Assembly (NCBI GenBank): GCA_034439575.1
Contig: JAWXAQ010000008.1
Coordinates: 1 to 64,000 of the forward strand
Length of the DNA stretch: 64,000 bases
DNA from: Leptospira sp.
GTDB lineage: Bacteria > Spirochaetota > Leptospiria > Leptospirales > Leptospiraceae
Reading direction: 5' to 3'
Positions 54,957 through 64,000 of this stretch are shown piece by piece. The notes below the pieces were generated by a model. It saw only the letters and a program-made list of their open reading frames with translations, had not been told where the DNA came from and made no database searches. Position 1 is the first letter of the stretch; every line of letters begins with the position of its first letter. The position numbers were made by a program, and so were the translations under genes.

Positions 54957-55703
54957 CTAAGAATCGAATCGTGTTGAAAAAATACGATCCCATAGATCAA
55001 AAAAAAGACCAAAATTTCTGTTTGGATACTTATGATGCAAATAATGAAATTGATTTCCTGAATGAAAAGGAATGTGTTTTTGCCATTCCCATGGAAATTT
55101 GTATCCACAATGACCGGAAACCCCTATCCATTGCCGTAAAAAAATCCACATATAAAAAACCCAGACATTGGCACCTAACAACAATGGGCCGCTATAAAAA
55201 CTGAGTGAAATCAGTATATATTCAATCGGATGAAAATGAATGGCTGCGAGAACCGAGCTATGTCGATAGGAATGATGTATTCGATGTACTTTATGATATA
55301 AGAAGGGAGAATGTAAATGTCTATGATAAAAATAGAATAACAGATCGTCTAACATCAAAAAGAATAGTATTTGTAAAATGGAAATAATAAATCCTGGGAA
55401 TGGGGAAAGATTAATCTGACTTAAACTTAGCAATGGCCAAAAAATCACAGACAAACAAAAAAGTAGGATCGAATTAAGAATAAAAAGAAAGATTGATTTA
55501 TGGCCTAAATTTTTGTTAGTTTTTGTTTCAATTCTATATTTATTAAATCTTGTAATTTTTAAGTGATCAATTATCAAATAGGGAAGTGCAAGAATTATAT
55601 AAGATATGATCGAAAATAAGACCGCATATATCGAAAACCATAAACATCTATCATCTTGGTAAATGTTCAGTATGGGCTGAATAAAAAATGTTAGTTGATC
55701 CAT
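54957..55703 (-). CDS. Sterol desaturase / fatty-acid hydroxylase family di-iron membrane enzyme
   Basis: His boxes YHRHLH, HRIHH, HFHPIE, GHCGY, HYLHH; NFG...WDRIFST. Confidence 0.9.
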   Translation of the reverse strand: MDQLTFFIQPILNIYQDDRCLWFSIYAVLFSIISYIILALPYLIIDHLKITRFNKYRIETKTNKNLGHKSIFLFILNSILLFCLSVIFWPLLSLSQINLSPFPGFIISILQILFFLMLDDLLFYFYHRHLHSPFLYHKVHRIHHSYRHSSVLAAIHFHPIEYILISLSFYSGPLLLGANVWVFYMWIFLRQWIGVSGHCGYKFPWEWQKHIPFHSGNQFHYLHHKYPNRNFGLFFDLWDRIFSTRFDS

Positions 55704-55710
55704 TTGTAAA

Positions 55711-56586
55711 TTAAGTTTTTAATTTAGCTAAAGCAATATTTTCACGAATGGTTTTTTTTAGCTTACTTCCAGGCATTGATTTCAAAACAAAGTTAGGTGA
55801 AATTATTTGCATTAAATCAAATCCTAATGGTTTTAGAAAATCTTTTAAATCCGTTGCTTGAATCCCCCATAAAAAAGGTTCGCGTTTCACTCGAAGATAA
55901 CTATTAACTAACAAATTATTATCATAAAATATGGGTTTACCTTGTAAATTTACCTCGATAAAAGTGAATAAAAGATATACGTTTTTAAAATTGAACGAAA
56001 GGCTGAATAAGTGTTCTTTGATCTTTTGCTCTGATAGATACATAAAAAGTCCTTCTGCATAAACTAAGGTAGATTCTTCGAATTGAATATCTTTCGGAAA
56101 CAAAGCTTCATGAAAAAAGTCTACAGGATGTAATACGAAGTTTTCTTTTTTGATCCCCGTTTTTTCAAACGATATCTTTTTTACTAATTGAGTCGCCGGA
56201 TGATCTAATTCCCAAATTTTAATTTTTGGAAATTGATCAGTTACACGAAGGCTAAAAGTATCAAAACCGGACCCTAACACAAGCAAGGTTGATATTTTTT
56301 CCTTTTCAAATAAATCTAGTGCTATTTCACTCAGAATGTTTTTTCTTATAGCATAGTGTGCAATTAAGTTTGGAAAGAAAGTAGATTCAATCACAGAAAT
56401 AATCTTTCGAAAAAAGGAAAACTTCAATAGTCGAAGAATCAGATTCTTTCTTTTTCCAAAAGAATCTATACAATTTTTTTGAAATAGAATATATTTATTA
56501 GAAACTAAATTTGATTTTTCAAAATGTAAATATAAAATACATAAAGAAATTAATCTTGCTGTACCGCTTGGTGAAGATTCCTTCAT
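55711..56586 (-). CDS. SAM-dependent methyltransferase, LCM/TIGR00027-like
   Basis: SGTA, VLGSGFDT, WELDHPAT, VDF, AEGLFMYL. Confidence 0.88.
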   Translation of the reverse strand: MKESSPSGTARLISLCILYLHFEKSNLVSNKYILFQKNCIDSFGKRKNLILRLLKFSFFRKIISVIESTFFPNLIAHYAIRKNILSEIALDLFEKEKISTLLVLGSGFDTFSLRVTDQFPKIKIWELDHPATQLVKKISFEKTGIKKENFVLHPVDFFHEALFPKDIQFEESTLVYAEGLFMYLSEQKIKEHLFSLSFNFKNVYLLFTFIEVNLQGKPIFYDNNLLVNSYLRVKREPFLWGIQATDLKDFLKPLGFDLMQIISPNFVLKSMPGSKLKKTIRENIALAKLKT

Positions 56587-56597
56587 ATGTTTACCAC

Positions 56598-58214
56598 TTA
56601 ATCATTGATAATCGGTTGTTCATTTGTGAAATAATTCCATTTGTATTGAGAATCGCGCATACCCATTTGAAATTTCCCATATACGATAGAATTAATCGTG
56701 CCTTTCGGAATATTGATTAATCGTAGGGGATTTATCCTTTGTGATTTTCGTTTGGTTTCATATTCCCAATTTGCAATTTGTAAGAAGTCATCAAATTTTT
56801 TTGACAAAACATTTATTTTTTCTTTGTTTTCTATATCAGATATCTCGCAAAACAATTCGTAGCCATTATAATCTTGAGAAGGATATATTATAAATCGTTC
56901 ATCATTCAAAATTAATTCTAGCTTCAATTGTTCTCTTGCAAATAGAAAATGATTGATGTGCAATTTTTCACCGACAAGATCAGACATATCTTTGTTTTTA
57001 CGCATAAATTTTATAATCGGAGCTTCTTTATAAAAACCAGTGACTTGGATGACATCACCTAGGTCATAACGATATAAGCCACTTGCGTTCGTAATTAAAA
57101 TATAATATTCTTTTCCTGCTTCCAAATCATCTATTTGCAAACAATTGTATTGCTCATTTTCGTATTCATTCTTTGGAATGAATTCATAAAAATTATTATG
57201 TATCGCAAGGATTCCCTCTGAAGTGTTGTCTCGAAAAGGTAAACTCATTCTCGCTTCACTTGCGTGAAAGCCCAAATCGCGAAGAGGGATAGATGGAAAT
57301 TTTTCTTTTAATTTAGTAACTTGACTGCCACAAGATCCACCTAACCATACCGAAATCATTTTTAAATTTTCCCAATAAGTGAGCGGATTGAATTTCCCAG
57401 CATTTAAATTTATGTTTTTTTCAAACCGCCTTGCTACATTTATATTTGGTTTGAATAAGTGATTCATTCTTATTTTATCTTCATGGATAGAAAATCCTCC
57501 TTCATAAAAAGATCGTAGTATCATATCCGTAGACTCACCGAGTTTGTCCAATAATTGAAGGATGGTACCAGAGTTAGGTGTCGCGATAAAGGAAATATCT
57601 TTTGTAAGGGCAGATCGAACGATTAATAAATAACGAAGATTAAAATCTTCTTCTTCAAAAACCTCATATGGAACTGCATACTTATTGCGGATGAACCAAG
57701 GAGCTGATTTGTAAGCTATTCCTGATGCGGAACCAATCGGAACTCCCGAAGGAGAGTAAGTCTCTATCGCTCTTCCTGGAATCGCTAATCGAAACCCATC
57801 CATAGCAGATGGATGATCTGTTAATAATCCTCCAATCCAAGTGTCCAATAAATGTTTTGATTGATTATGAAACGAGCGCGTCACAGGAATATGTTTTGGA
57901 TTGTTTGTGGTACCACTTGTTAAATTGAAAAAATTTACTTTTTCTTTTGTCAAAACATTTGGAATTCCCTTCATAATACTTTCAATTTGTGATTGGTACG
58001 AAATATAATTATGTATAGGTATAGATTTCTGAAATTTTGAAATTGAAAAATTTTGATATATTGATTTGAAATCATACTCCTTACCAAAATTAGTATGATG
58101 GTTGTTAACCAAAACATGTTTCAAATATTCGATTTGAATATTTTGTGCGTTCTTGCAACTTTTTTGAAATTGGTTAAATTTATTCTTTAGAAAAGATAAT
58201 AAAATTGGATTCAT
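56598..58214 (-). CDS. GH3-family acyl-acid amido synthetase (adenylate-forming)
   Basis: TNFGKEYDF, TSGTTNNPKHIP, FHASEA, FYEFIP, TNASGLYRYDLGD, DLVGEK. Confidence 0.9.
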   Translation of the reverse strand: MNPILLSFLKNKFNQFQKSCKNAQNIQIEYLKHVLVNNHHTNFGKEYDFKSIYQNFSISKFQKSIPIHNYISYQSQIESIMKGIPNVLTKEKVNFFNLTSGTTNNPKHIPVTRSFHNQSKHLLDTWIGGLLTDHPSAMDGFRLAIPGRAIETYSPSGVPIGSASGIAYKSAPWFIRNKYAVPYEVFEEEDFNLRYLLIVRSALTKDISFIATPNSGTILQLLDKLGESTDMILRSFYEGGFSIHEDKIRMNHLFKPNINVARRFEKNINLNAGKFNPLTYWENLKMISVWLGGSCGSQVTKLKEKFPSIPLRDLGFHASEARMSLPFRDNTSEGILAIHNNFYEFIPKNEYENEQYNCLQIDDLEAGKEYYILITNASGLYRYDLGDVIQVTGFYKEAPIIKFMRKNKDMSDLVGEKLHINHFLFAREQLKLELILNDERFIIYPSQDYNGYELFCEISDIENKEKINVLSKKFDDFLQIANWEYETKRKSQRINPLRLINIPKGTINSIVYGKFQMGMRDSQYKWNYFTNEQPIIND

Positions 58215-58236
58215 AGCTTAACACATTGGGTTCATT

Positions 58237-59382
58237 TTAATTAGAATATTTTTGAAGAATTTTTTCATTGATCGTATATCCAAAACTAAGTGATTTTTGA
58301 ACTTCCAATTTTCCCGCATAACCAATAGAATTTGATTTAAAATCGATATCTGATTTTAATAATAAATTTCCATATCCGCCTTCTAAATACTTTGTTTCTG
58401 TAAAATGAGATGCAAGTAATTGCCCAACTTTTGAAAGGATAGATAGTTCTCCCACATGGCAACCAATCTGGAACCAAATATGATTTTCATTCGCAAGATT
58501 CACCATCTTTATAAAAGGATAAATACCACCAAGCCTGGAGATCCGGAGATTAAAGGCGTCATAACTTTTTGTTTCAATGATGTCGAGAGCATCTTGTTTG
58601 GTGATCAAAGATTCGTCTGCCATGAGTGGAATTCCAATTTCCTTTTTAATATAACTAATTTCTTTATGTTGTCCTCGGATGAAAGGCTGCTCAATGGAAA
58701 TAATATTTAATTTATTGAATTTATTTAAGGAATTAATATCTGATTTATTTTTTAAATCGTAAGCGGAATTGGCGTCTAGTCGGATTCGAATGTTTTGACC
58801 TAAGGCGAAACGAATCATATCCAATCTTTCATAATCTTGAAATCGATTTAATTTGACTTTGTAATCCTTGAATCCAAAAGCAAACATTGATAATGCGAAA
58901 ATAGTAGACTTGATAGGAGGATAGGCACCAATACCAGTTCCATAATTAAGGAATTTTTGATGCAAAGAAAAAAAATCGTGAAAGGAAGCACCGATACGAT
59001 GAAAAAGACAATCTATAAGAGCGAGTTCGGTGGCAGATTTCGCAGCATTCCAAGCTATGACTTTGTCAGATGAAATATTTGGAAATTCCGTGTGGAATTC
59101 TTTTAAGAATTGAAGTAATTCTTTTTGATTTTGAATCAAACAATTCCAATTTTTTTTTATTATCCAGGGATTAATCTGGTTTTTCAAAAAGGATTCACAG
59201 GATAACAAATCTTCACCGGTCACATATGTTCTCGGTGCTCCTTCTCCAAAGCCAATATTTCCTTTTTCATCTGATATCCGTACGATGATTGATTCAGATT
59301 GAAATCGATTGCTAAGATTATGAGAAAAAGAAAACCGCATTGGTATTTTAACTTTGAATACGTGAAATGTATTAATTTTCAT
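58237..59382 (-). CDS. Enolase-superfamily (MLE/dipeptide-epimerase subgroup) enzyme
   Basis: GFGEGAPR.YVTGE; KVK; metal ligands in LDANS, IEQP, ADES; GCHVGE. Confidence 0.88.
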   Translation of the reverse strand: MKINTFHVFKVKIPMRFSFSHNLSNRFQSESIIVRISDEKGNIGFGEGAPRTYVTGEDLLSCESFLKNQINPWIIKKNWNCLIQNQKELLQFLKEFHTEFPNISSDKVIAWNAAKSATELALIDCLFHRIGASFHDFFSLHQKFLNYGTGIGAYPPIKSTIFALSMFAFGFKDYKVKLNRFQDYERLDMIRFALGQNIRIRLDANSAYDLKNKSDINSLNKFNKLNIISIEQPFIRGQHKEISYIKKEIGIPLMADESLITKQDALDIIETKSYDAFNLRISRLGGIYPFIKMVNLANENHIWFQIGCHVGELSILSKVGQLLASHFTETKYLEGGYGNLLLKSDIDFKSNSIGYAGKLEVQKSLSFGYTINEKILQKYSN

Positions 59383-59693
59383 ATAAAGGGATGATTAAAT
59401 ATAAACTAATGTTTGTTTGCAGAAATCAGATATAGGGATTTTAATGCATTAAGAAGTGTTATGTCAAACTCTTCTTTGGATCGTTCAAAGAAGTCTTTCG
59501 ATTTCGAAATGTTTAAACCCTGACTCCTTGAAGAAAAAACCATAATTTCTCATCAAAAAATTGAAACTTCCTCCCATTTCTTGATCCCAATCAGAACTTA
59601 AAAAAACCCAAAAAATAGTTCGATATTGAATTATTTTATATCAAATAAACACACATTCGGTCTAATCAGTGAATTACGCTTTGGAGTTTAAAA

Positions 59694-60767
59694 TTGAGCA
59701 AATTGTTTTCACCTACTGATTTAGGACCTATTAAATTAAAAAACCGAGTCGTTATGGCTCCCATGACAAGATCAAGATCGATTGGAAATATCCCGAATGA
59801 TTTAGTCGCCACCTATTATGAACAGCGTTCAGAGGCTGGGCTGATCATCACTGAGGGAACATCCCCTTCTCCGAATGGACTTGGTTATGCGAGAATTCCG
59901 GGTATTTTTTCTAAGGAGCAGGTAGCTGGTTGGAAAAAAGTTACTGAGAAAGTTCATGCTAAAGCGAGTAAAATTTTTGTTCAATTGATGCATACCGGAC
60001 GAATTGGACACCAAGCGAACCTACCGAATGGTGCAGAGATTCTGGCTCCGTCTGCAGTGCTCGCCAAAGGCCAAATGTGGACAGATGCAGAAGGGATGAA
60101 AGACCATCCCGTTCCAAAGGAAATGACACTTTCTCAAATTCAAGAAGCTATCAATGAATATACCAATGCTTCCAAAAATGCCATCGAAGCTGGTTTCGAT
60201 GGCGTTGAATTACATGCAGCTAATGGGTATTTATTGGAGCAATTTTTGCATCCTACATCGAACATTAGAAATGATGAATATGGTGGCAGTCATCAAAAAC
60301 GATTGAAATTTGTTTTGGAAACTGTTGCTTCCGTCGTGAATGCCATTGGAAAAGAAAAAGTAGGGATACGTTTGTCGCCATACGGTGCATTTAATGATCT
60401 TTTTCCTTTTGAAGAAACCGAAATAGAATATACTCTTTTAGCAGAAAAATTAAATGAATTGGGCATTGCCTATATTCATTTGGTGGATCACTCTTCAATG
60501 GGAGCACCAAAAGTAGAACCGTCAACTGTGAAAAAAATCCGCGAAGCCTTCAAAGGAACTTTGATATTAAGTGGAGGTTATGACCGAGTAAGGGCAGAAG
60601 CCGACATAGATTCTGGAAATGCTGATCTGGTCGCTTTTGGAAAACCGTTTCTATCTAACCCAAATTTGGTGACTAAATTGGAGAAAGGTTTAGCTCTCTT
60701 ACCGATTGACGAATCAAAACTTTATACAGCGGATGAGAAAGGTTATACGGACTATGCTTTAGTATAA
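59694..60767 (+). CDS. Old yellow enzyme family alkene reductase (NemA-like)
   Basis: NRVVMAPMTRSR, GLIITEG, GFDGVELHAANGYL, NIRNDEYGGS. Confidence 0.93.
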   Translation: MSKLFSPTDLGPIKLKNRVVMAPMTRSRSIGNIPNDLVATYYEQRSEAGLIITEGTSPSPNGLGYARIPGIFSKEQVAGWKKVTEKVHAKASKIFVQLMHTGRIGHQANLPNGAEILAPSAVLAKGQMWTDAEGMKDHPVPKEMTLSQIQEAINEYTNASKNAIEAGFDGVELHAANGYLLEQFLHPTSNIRNDEYGGSHQKRLKFVLETVASVVNAIGKEKVGIRLSPYGAFNDLFPFEETEIEYTLLAEKLNELGIAYIHLVDHSSMGAPKVEPSTVKKIREAFKGTLILSGGYDRVRAEADIDSGNADLVAFGKPFLSNPNLVTKLEKGLALLPIDESKLYTADEKGYTDYALV

Positions 60768-60803
60768 AATTGAATCTGATTTAAAAATTTAATAGAAAAT
60801 TTG

Positions 60804-60834
60804 CTCGAACTTTAACATTCAATTAAGGTTCGAG
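60804..60834. terminator. Possible bidirectional terminator between convergent genes
   Basis: CTCGAACTTTAA-N7-TTAAGGTTCGAG followed by TTTT. Confidence 0.5.
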
Positions 60835-61497
60835 TTTTCCTTCCATATACGATTGCAATTCTTGTTGTAAACCTTCTGGTAAATCAAGTCCTCTTGCTCT
60901 AATCCTCTCATTGTACTTGTTAAACGACATTCTATGTTGATTTGTATTTAGGTAACCTTCTAAAGCTTCAGATGCCCAAGGAATAATCTCTCGAACAAAG
61001 TCATGATTTTCTTCTAATTCATCACAATAAGGGATAAATAGAGGACGATTGACAGGTCTACCGATATTGCGATAAAAAAGTAAACAAAACAAAGTTTCAT
61101 CACCAAGTACTTGTTCTGTCCTTATTTTTTCTTCTACATATTTTAGATTAATTGTATCAAGGTATTCAATATTGAAAGTTTCGGGCTGGAGTCGTTTAAC
61201 TATAAATTTGCGGATTTCTTCTTTTACGAAAGTTACATTTGGGCAATGATTTGGGCAGGATCCTTGGTCTTTGTGCAAGTCACATTCAATTAGTAAAATA
61301 CAGTCCACGTCAGAAGTAGGTTCTACTATTCCAAAATTGATGGAGCCCAAAATTTCAAGGGCTACCTCATAGCCTTTGCGTGACAATTCTTGCGTAGCAA
61401 GTCGAAAGGCTTGCATTCGTTTGAGGGCATACTTCGTATCGTAGTTTCGATATTTATTTTTGAGTACCAAATACCTTTCGACTATGTTCTTTGACAT
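60823..61497 (-). CDS. Hypothetical protein with Pol-beta-type nucleotidyltransferase motif
   Basis: ILGSINFG...SDVDCIL; ATG 61497 after GGAGG. Confidence 0.65.
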   Translation of the reverse strand: MSKNIVERYLVLKNKYRNYDTKYALKRMQAFRLATQELSRKGYEVALEILGSINFGIVEPTSDVDCILLIECDLHKDQGSCPNHCPNVTFVKEEIRKFIVKRLQPETFNIEYLDTINLKYVEEKIRTEQVLGDETLFCLLFYRNIGRPVNRPLFIPYCDELEENHDFVREIIPWASEALEGYLNTNQHRMSFNKYNERIRARGLDLPEGLQQELQSYMEGKLEP

Positions 61498-61603
61498 AGA
61501 GCCTCCAAATTCCAAACCCTCAGAATTCTCACAATTTGAATTTCCAAGTTCTGCAGCTTTTGGTATACAGAAATTCTTTTTTCGCCGATAGTTAAGATTA
61601 GTT

Positions 61604-63613
61604 ATGATTTCCCTGAGAGTTTTAAATAGAATCTGGATTTTTGGAATCCTAATTGTAACATTCTCTATTTTGGAAGCTGGGGAAGAAGACCGTAGAAATC
61701 AGCTAAAGGATTTGTATTTAAATCCCTTGCAAGTGATAAGCCCTGAAGAAATCCAATCGCTTGATACCGAAAAAAGAATCCCCATTGATGAAGACTCTGG
61801 TATAGCTTTAAAACCCACACCACCACCGGCTGTAGACCCAAATCTGCCACCAAGTGATTTTCCAGCAGATCCTACAGAAACAGATACCACACAAGAGACA
61901 GGACCCAAAAATTTAGAAACAAAAATACGTGAAGTAGAAGGATTACTTAAAAGATATTACAGTCAATTTATTGAAGAGAAACGGATTTGGGAAGATAGAG
62001 AAAGAGGAAATATTTATAATTCAAGGTCGGATCAAAATGATGTTAGGTTATTACTATGGCAAAATACTCATAAATTAGCTGAGACATTTGTGGTAAGGGA
62101 TTCACCAGTGTTGTACGAATTGCACTTAAGAGCTGCTAAATTATATGCAGAAGCGGGAAAAACGGCACCTTCACTTAGACATTATTTGGCAGGATTTCGA
62201 TATCACCCACTGGATTTAACAGAGGAAATGTTTAGAGAAGGGGAATGGCAAAAAGAAGATTTTAAACAAACCTGGTTACCTCAAGCTAACGAACATAAAA
62301 CGAATTTCGCAGAGTTTAAAAAAGCAGAAAAAGAATGGGAAGAAAGTAAAGATAATTTGCATACATCGCTTGCCAATCTTGCCAAAAAAAATAGATCTCT
62401 CGCAGAAATTCAGAATGAAGAAACTAGACAAAAACAAATCGTATCTTTGAAAGAAAAATCATATTTAGAAGCTTTAAAAAAATATGAATCATCAAAATTA
62501 GAAAATTATAATAAATATTTGGTTCAAAAACAAAAATCGGATTCTACAAACTTATACGAAATGGCCGCCGTAGTTAAAAAAATAGAGGATGATAACAAGG
62601 AAAGGCTTAAAATTATAAACAAACTCGGAACGGCGGGTAAAGGAATTTATGTTTTATTTGATTACAAAAGAAATGTGGATTTTTTCGCCTATGAATTGTT
62701 ACTTGAGAAAGCTTATAGCCAATGGCCAGAAAATCCATCCGTCATATTTGATATAGCGGAACAATACCGTCAAGATAGCCAAAAAGAAAAAGCCATAGAT
62801 TTTTATGAAAAATATGTAAATTTACTGAATAAAGAAAATATTTTAGATGAAATTCAAACTGAAAAATTGAAAAATACTTACCTTCGACTTGCAACTTTAA
62901 ATGCAGATATCAAGCGTAAGGTGATTGCCAGTGCTTGGTATGAGAAATTCTTTCAAATTTCCCAAGATTCAAAAGAAAAAACAAGAGTATCCTTTGAAAT
63001 GGGAGTATTTTTTGCCACACACATTGGTGATTTAAAAAAGGCTTCGAATTATCTTATCTATTGGTTGGAAAGAAATAGTAAAGATTGGAACCCAAGTTTA
63101 AATGAAAATACGGGTTTGGAAGAATTGGAAGCCATTTCCTTTTTTCATCTTTCTCGTTTGGACAAACAGAACCGAAAATCGGAAGCAGAGCGAAGCAAAC
63201 TCAATTTAGCTTACAACCAATGGAAAAAAATCGACGCTGAGTTATTGGAAGCTGAAAAACTATCAGTAGATTTAAAATCTCAAAAACAAAAAATTAAAAA
63301 AGATTTATTGGTAACCACAGAAGATGAAGCACTTTCAAAATACCGCCTTGTTGATTTAAAAATCGAAGACGCAGAAGCAAGACTTCGAGTTTTGAAAACG
63401 AAACTAGACAAAGTGCCAGTATTAAAGATTGTTTATCGGTTGGCTGTACTTGCAGAAGGGAGTCATGATTTTGAAAAAGCCAAGGGATATTATCAAACAG
63501 TGATTGAACTTGGCGGAGAGACCGAAATCCAAGCGGCACTTCGTGAAAAGAAAAGAGTAGAAAAAATTATTTCAACCGGAGTGATTGATCCACCATTTAA
63601 CGAGAGTATTTGA
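61604..63613 (+). CDS. Exported TPR/coiled-coil protein
   Basis: Signal peptide; TPR-like helices (EKAIDFYEKY, FEKAKGYYQTVI). Confidence 0.75.
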   Translation: MISLRVLNRIWIFGILIVTFSILEAGEEDRRNQLKDLYLNPLQVISPEEIQSLDTEKRIPIDEDSGIALKPTPPPAVDPNLPPSDFPADPTETDTTQETGPKNLETKIREVEGLLKRYYSQFIEEKRIWEDRERGNIYNSRSDQNDVRLLLWQNTHKLAETFVVRDSPVLYELHLRAAKLYAEAGKTAPSLRHYLAGFRYHPLDLTEEMFREGEWQKEDFKQTWLPQANEHKTNFAEFKKAEKEWEESKDNLHTSLANLAKKNRSLAEIQNEETRQKQIVSLKEKSYLEALKKYESSKLENYNKYLVQKQKSDSTNLYEMAAVVKKIEDDNKERLKIINKLGTAGKGIYVLFDYKRNVDFFAYELLLEKAYSQWPENPSVIFDIAEQYRQDSQKEKAIDFYEKYVNLLNKENILDEIQTEKLKNTYLRLATLNADIKRKVIASAWYEKFFQISQDSKEKTRVSFEMGVFFATHIGDLKKASNYLIYWLERNSKDWNPSLNENTGLEELEAISFFHLSRLDKQNRKSEAERSKLNLAYNQWKKIDAELLEAEKLSVDLKSQKQKIKKDLLVTTEDEALSKYRLVDLKIEDAEARLRVLKTKLDKVPVLKIVYRLAVLAEGSHDFEKAKGYYQTVIELGGETEIQAALREKKRVEKIISTGVIDPPFNESI

Positions 63614-64000
63614 TGATTTCGTCTTCTTGTTCTGCGGCTAACTCTTGCTCAACGGTTTCTTCAGTGTAACCTTCTTCTGGCAATACTTGAAACTTCACTT
63701 CATCAACCACGTCCCCTTCGTAAACAATCTTTATTAAATATTCGCCTGTTCGTAATTCAGAAAATGAATCGCGGATGGCACCGGATTCCACTTCCACATT
63801 TTTCTTTTTGATATCAATCTCGACGAAATCCAATTCGTATCGATTGAGTGAAATATAAAAGTCCGTTTCAGAACCTGGGTTTCTGGAAAATTGATACACA
63901 TAGTGAATGGTATCTGAAGGAGAAAAGATAAGTCCATCTCTCATCATTTTATAATCAGTCACCATTTGGATATGGCGCTCTAAGATATTTAATTTCTCAG
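63597..64000 (-). CDS. Hypothetical protein (5' end beyond the window)
   Basis: Frame stays open from the window edge to the stop at 63597. Confidence 0.7.
   Translation of the reverse strand, partial: EKLNILERHIQMVTDYKMMRDGLIFSPSDTIHYVYQFSRNPGSETDFYISLNRYELDFVEIDIKKKNVEVESGAIRDSFSELRTGEYLIKIVYEGDVVDEVKFQVLPEEGYTEETVEQELAAEQEDEIIKYSR

Overview
AT-rich spirochaete chromosome segment, almost certainly a Leptospira and probably a saprophytic or environmental one. This rests on a TIGR04452-type lipoprotein, a DUF1554/Len-type C-terminus, 7TM-DISM-AraC and ECF/FecR modules, and frequent TTG starts. The left half (1 to ~31 kb) is an accessory, decaying mosaic. It holds pseudogenes (hsdR tail, a frameshifted small gene, a 7TM-DISM adenylate cyclase, an MmyB-type regulator), dispersed palindromic repeats, and large Ig/LamG/beta-propeller surface lipoproteins. 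It also holds a NIT-domain MCP, two unusual photolyases (an inverted-topology NewPHL type and an Fe-S-free PhrB/CryB type), an exported KatG coupled to a HiPIP gene, and an ECF sigma/FecR pair with a recognisable candidate promoter motif. The right half is mostly housekeeping: TetR-fadH-acyl-CoA dehydrogenase, a two-component system, MATE, nadB, an S41 protease, pdxJ, miaA-hfq, manC, a 30-aa bS22 missed by the ORF track, cheW, a phoU-like gene and an OYE reductase. It is interrupted by a compact AT-rich four-gene operon (enolase-superfamily enzyme, GH3 acyl-amido ligase, LCM-type methyltransferase, sterol-desaturase-family hydroxylase), which is the best candidate for an undescribed small-molecule or lipid biosynthetic system. 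No rRNA, tRNA, CRISPR array or intact transposase was seen. All family calls are by motif recognition, not database search.
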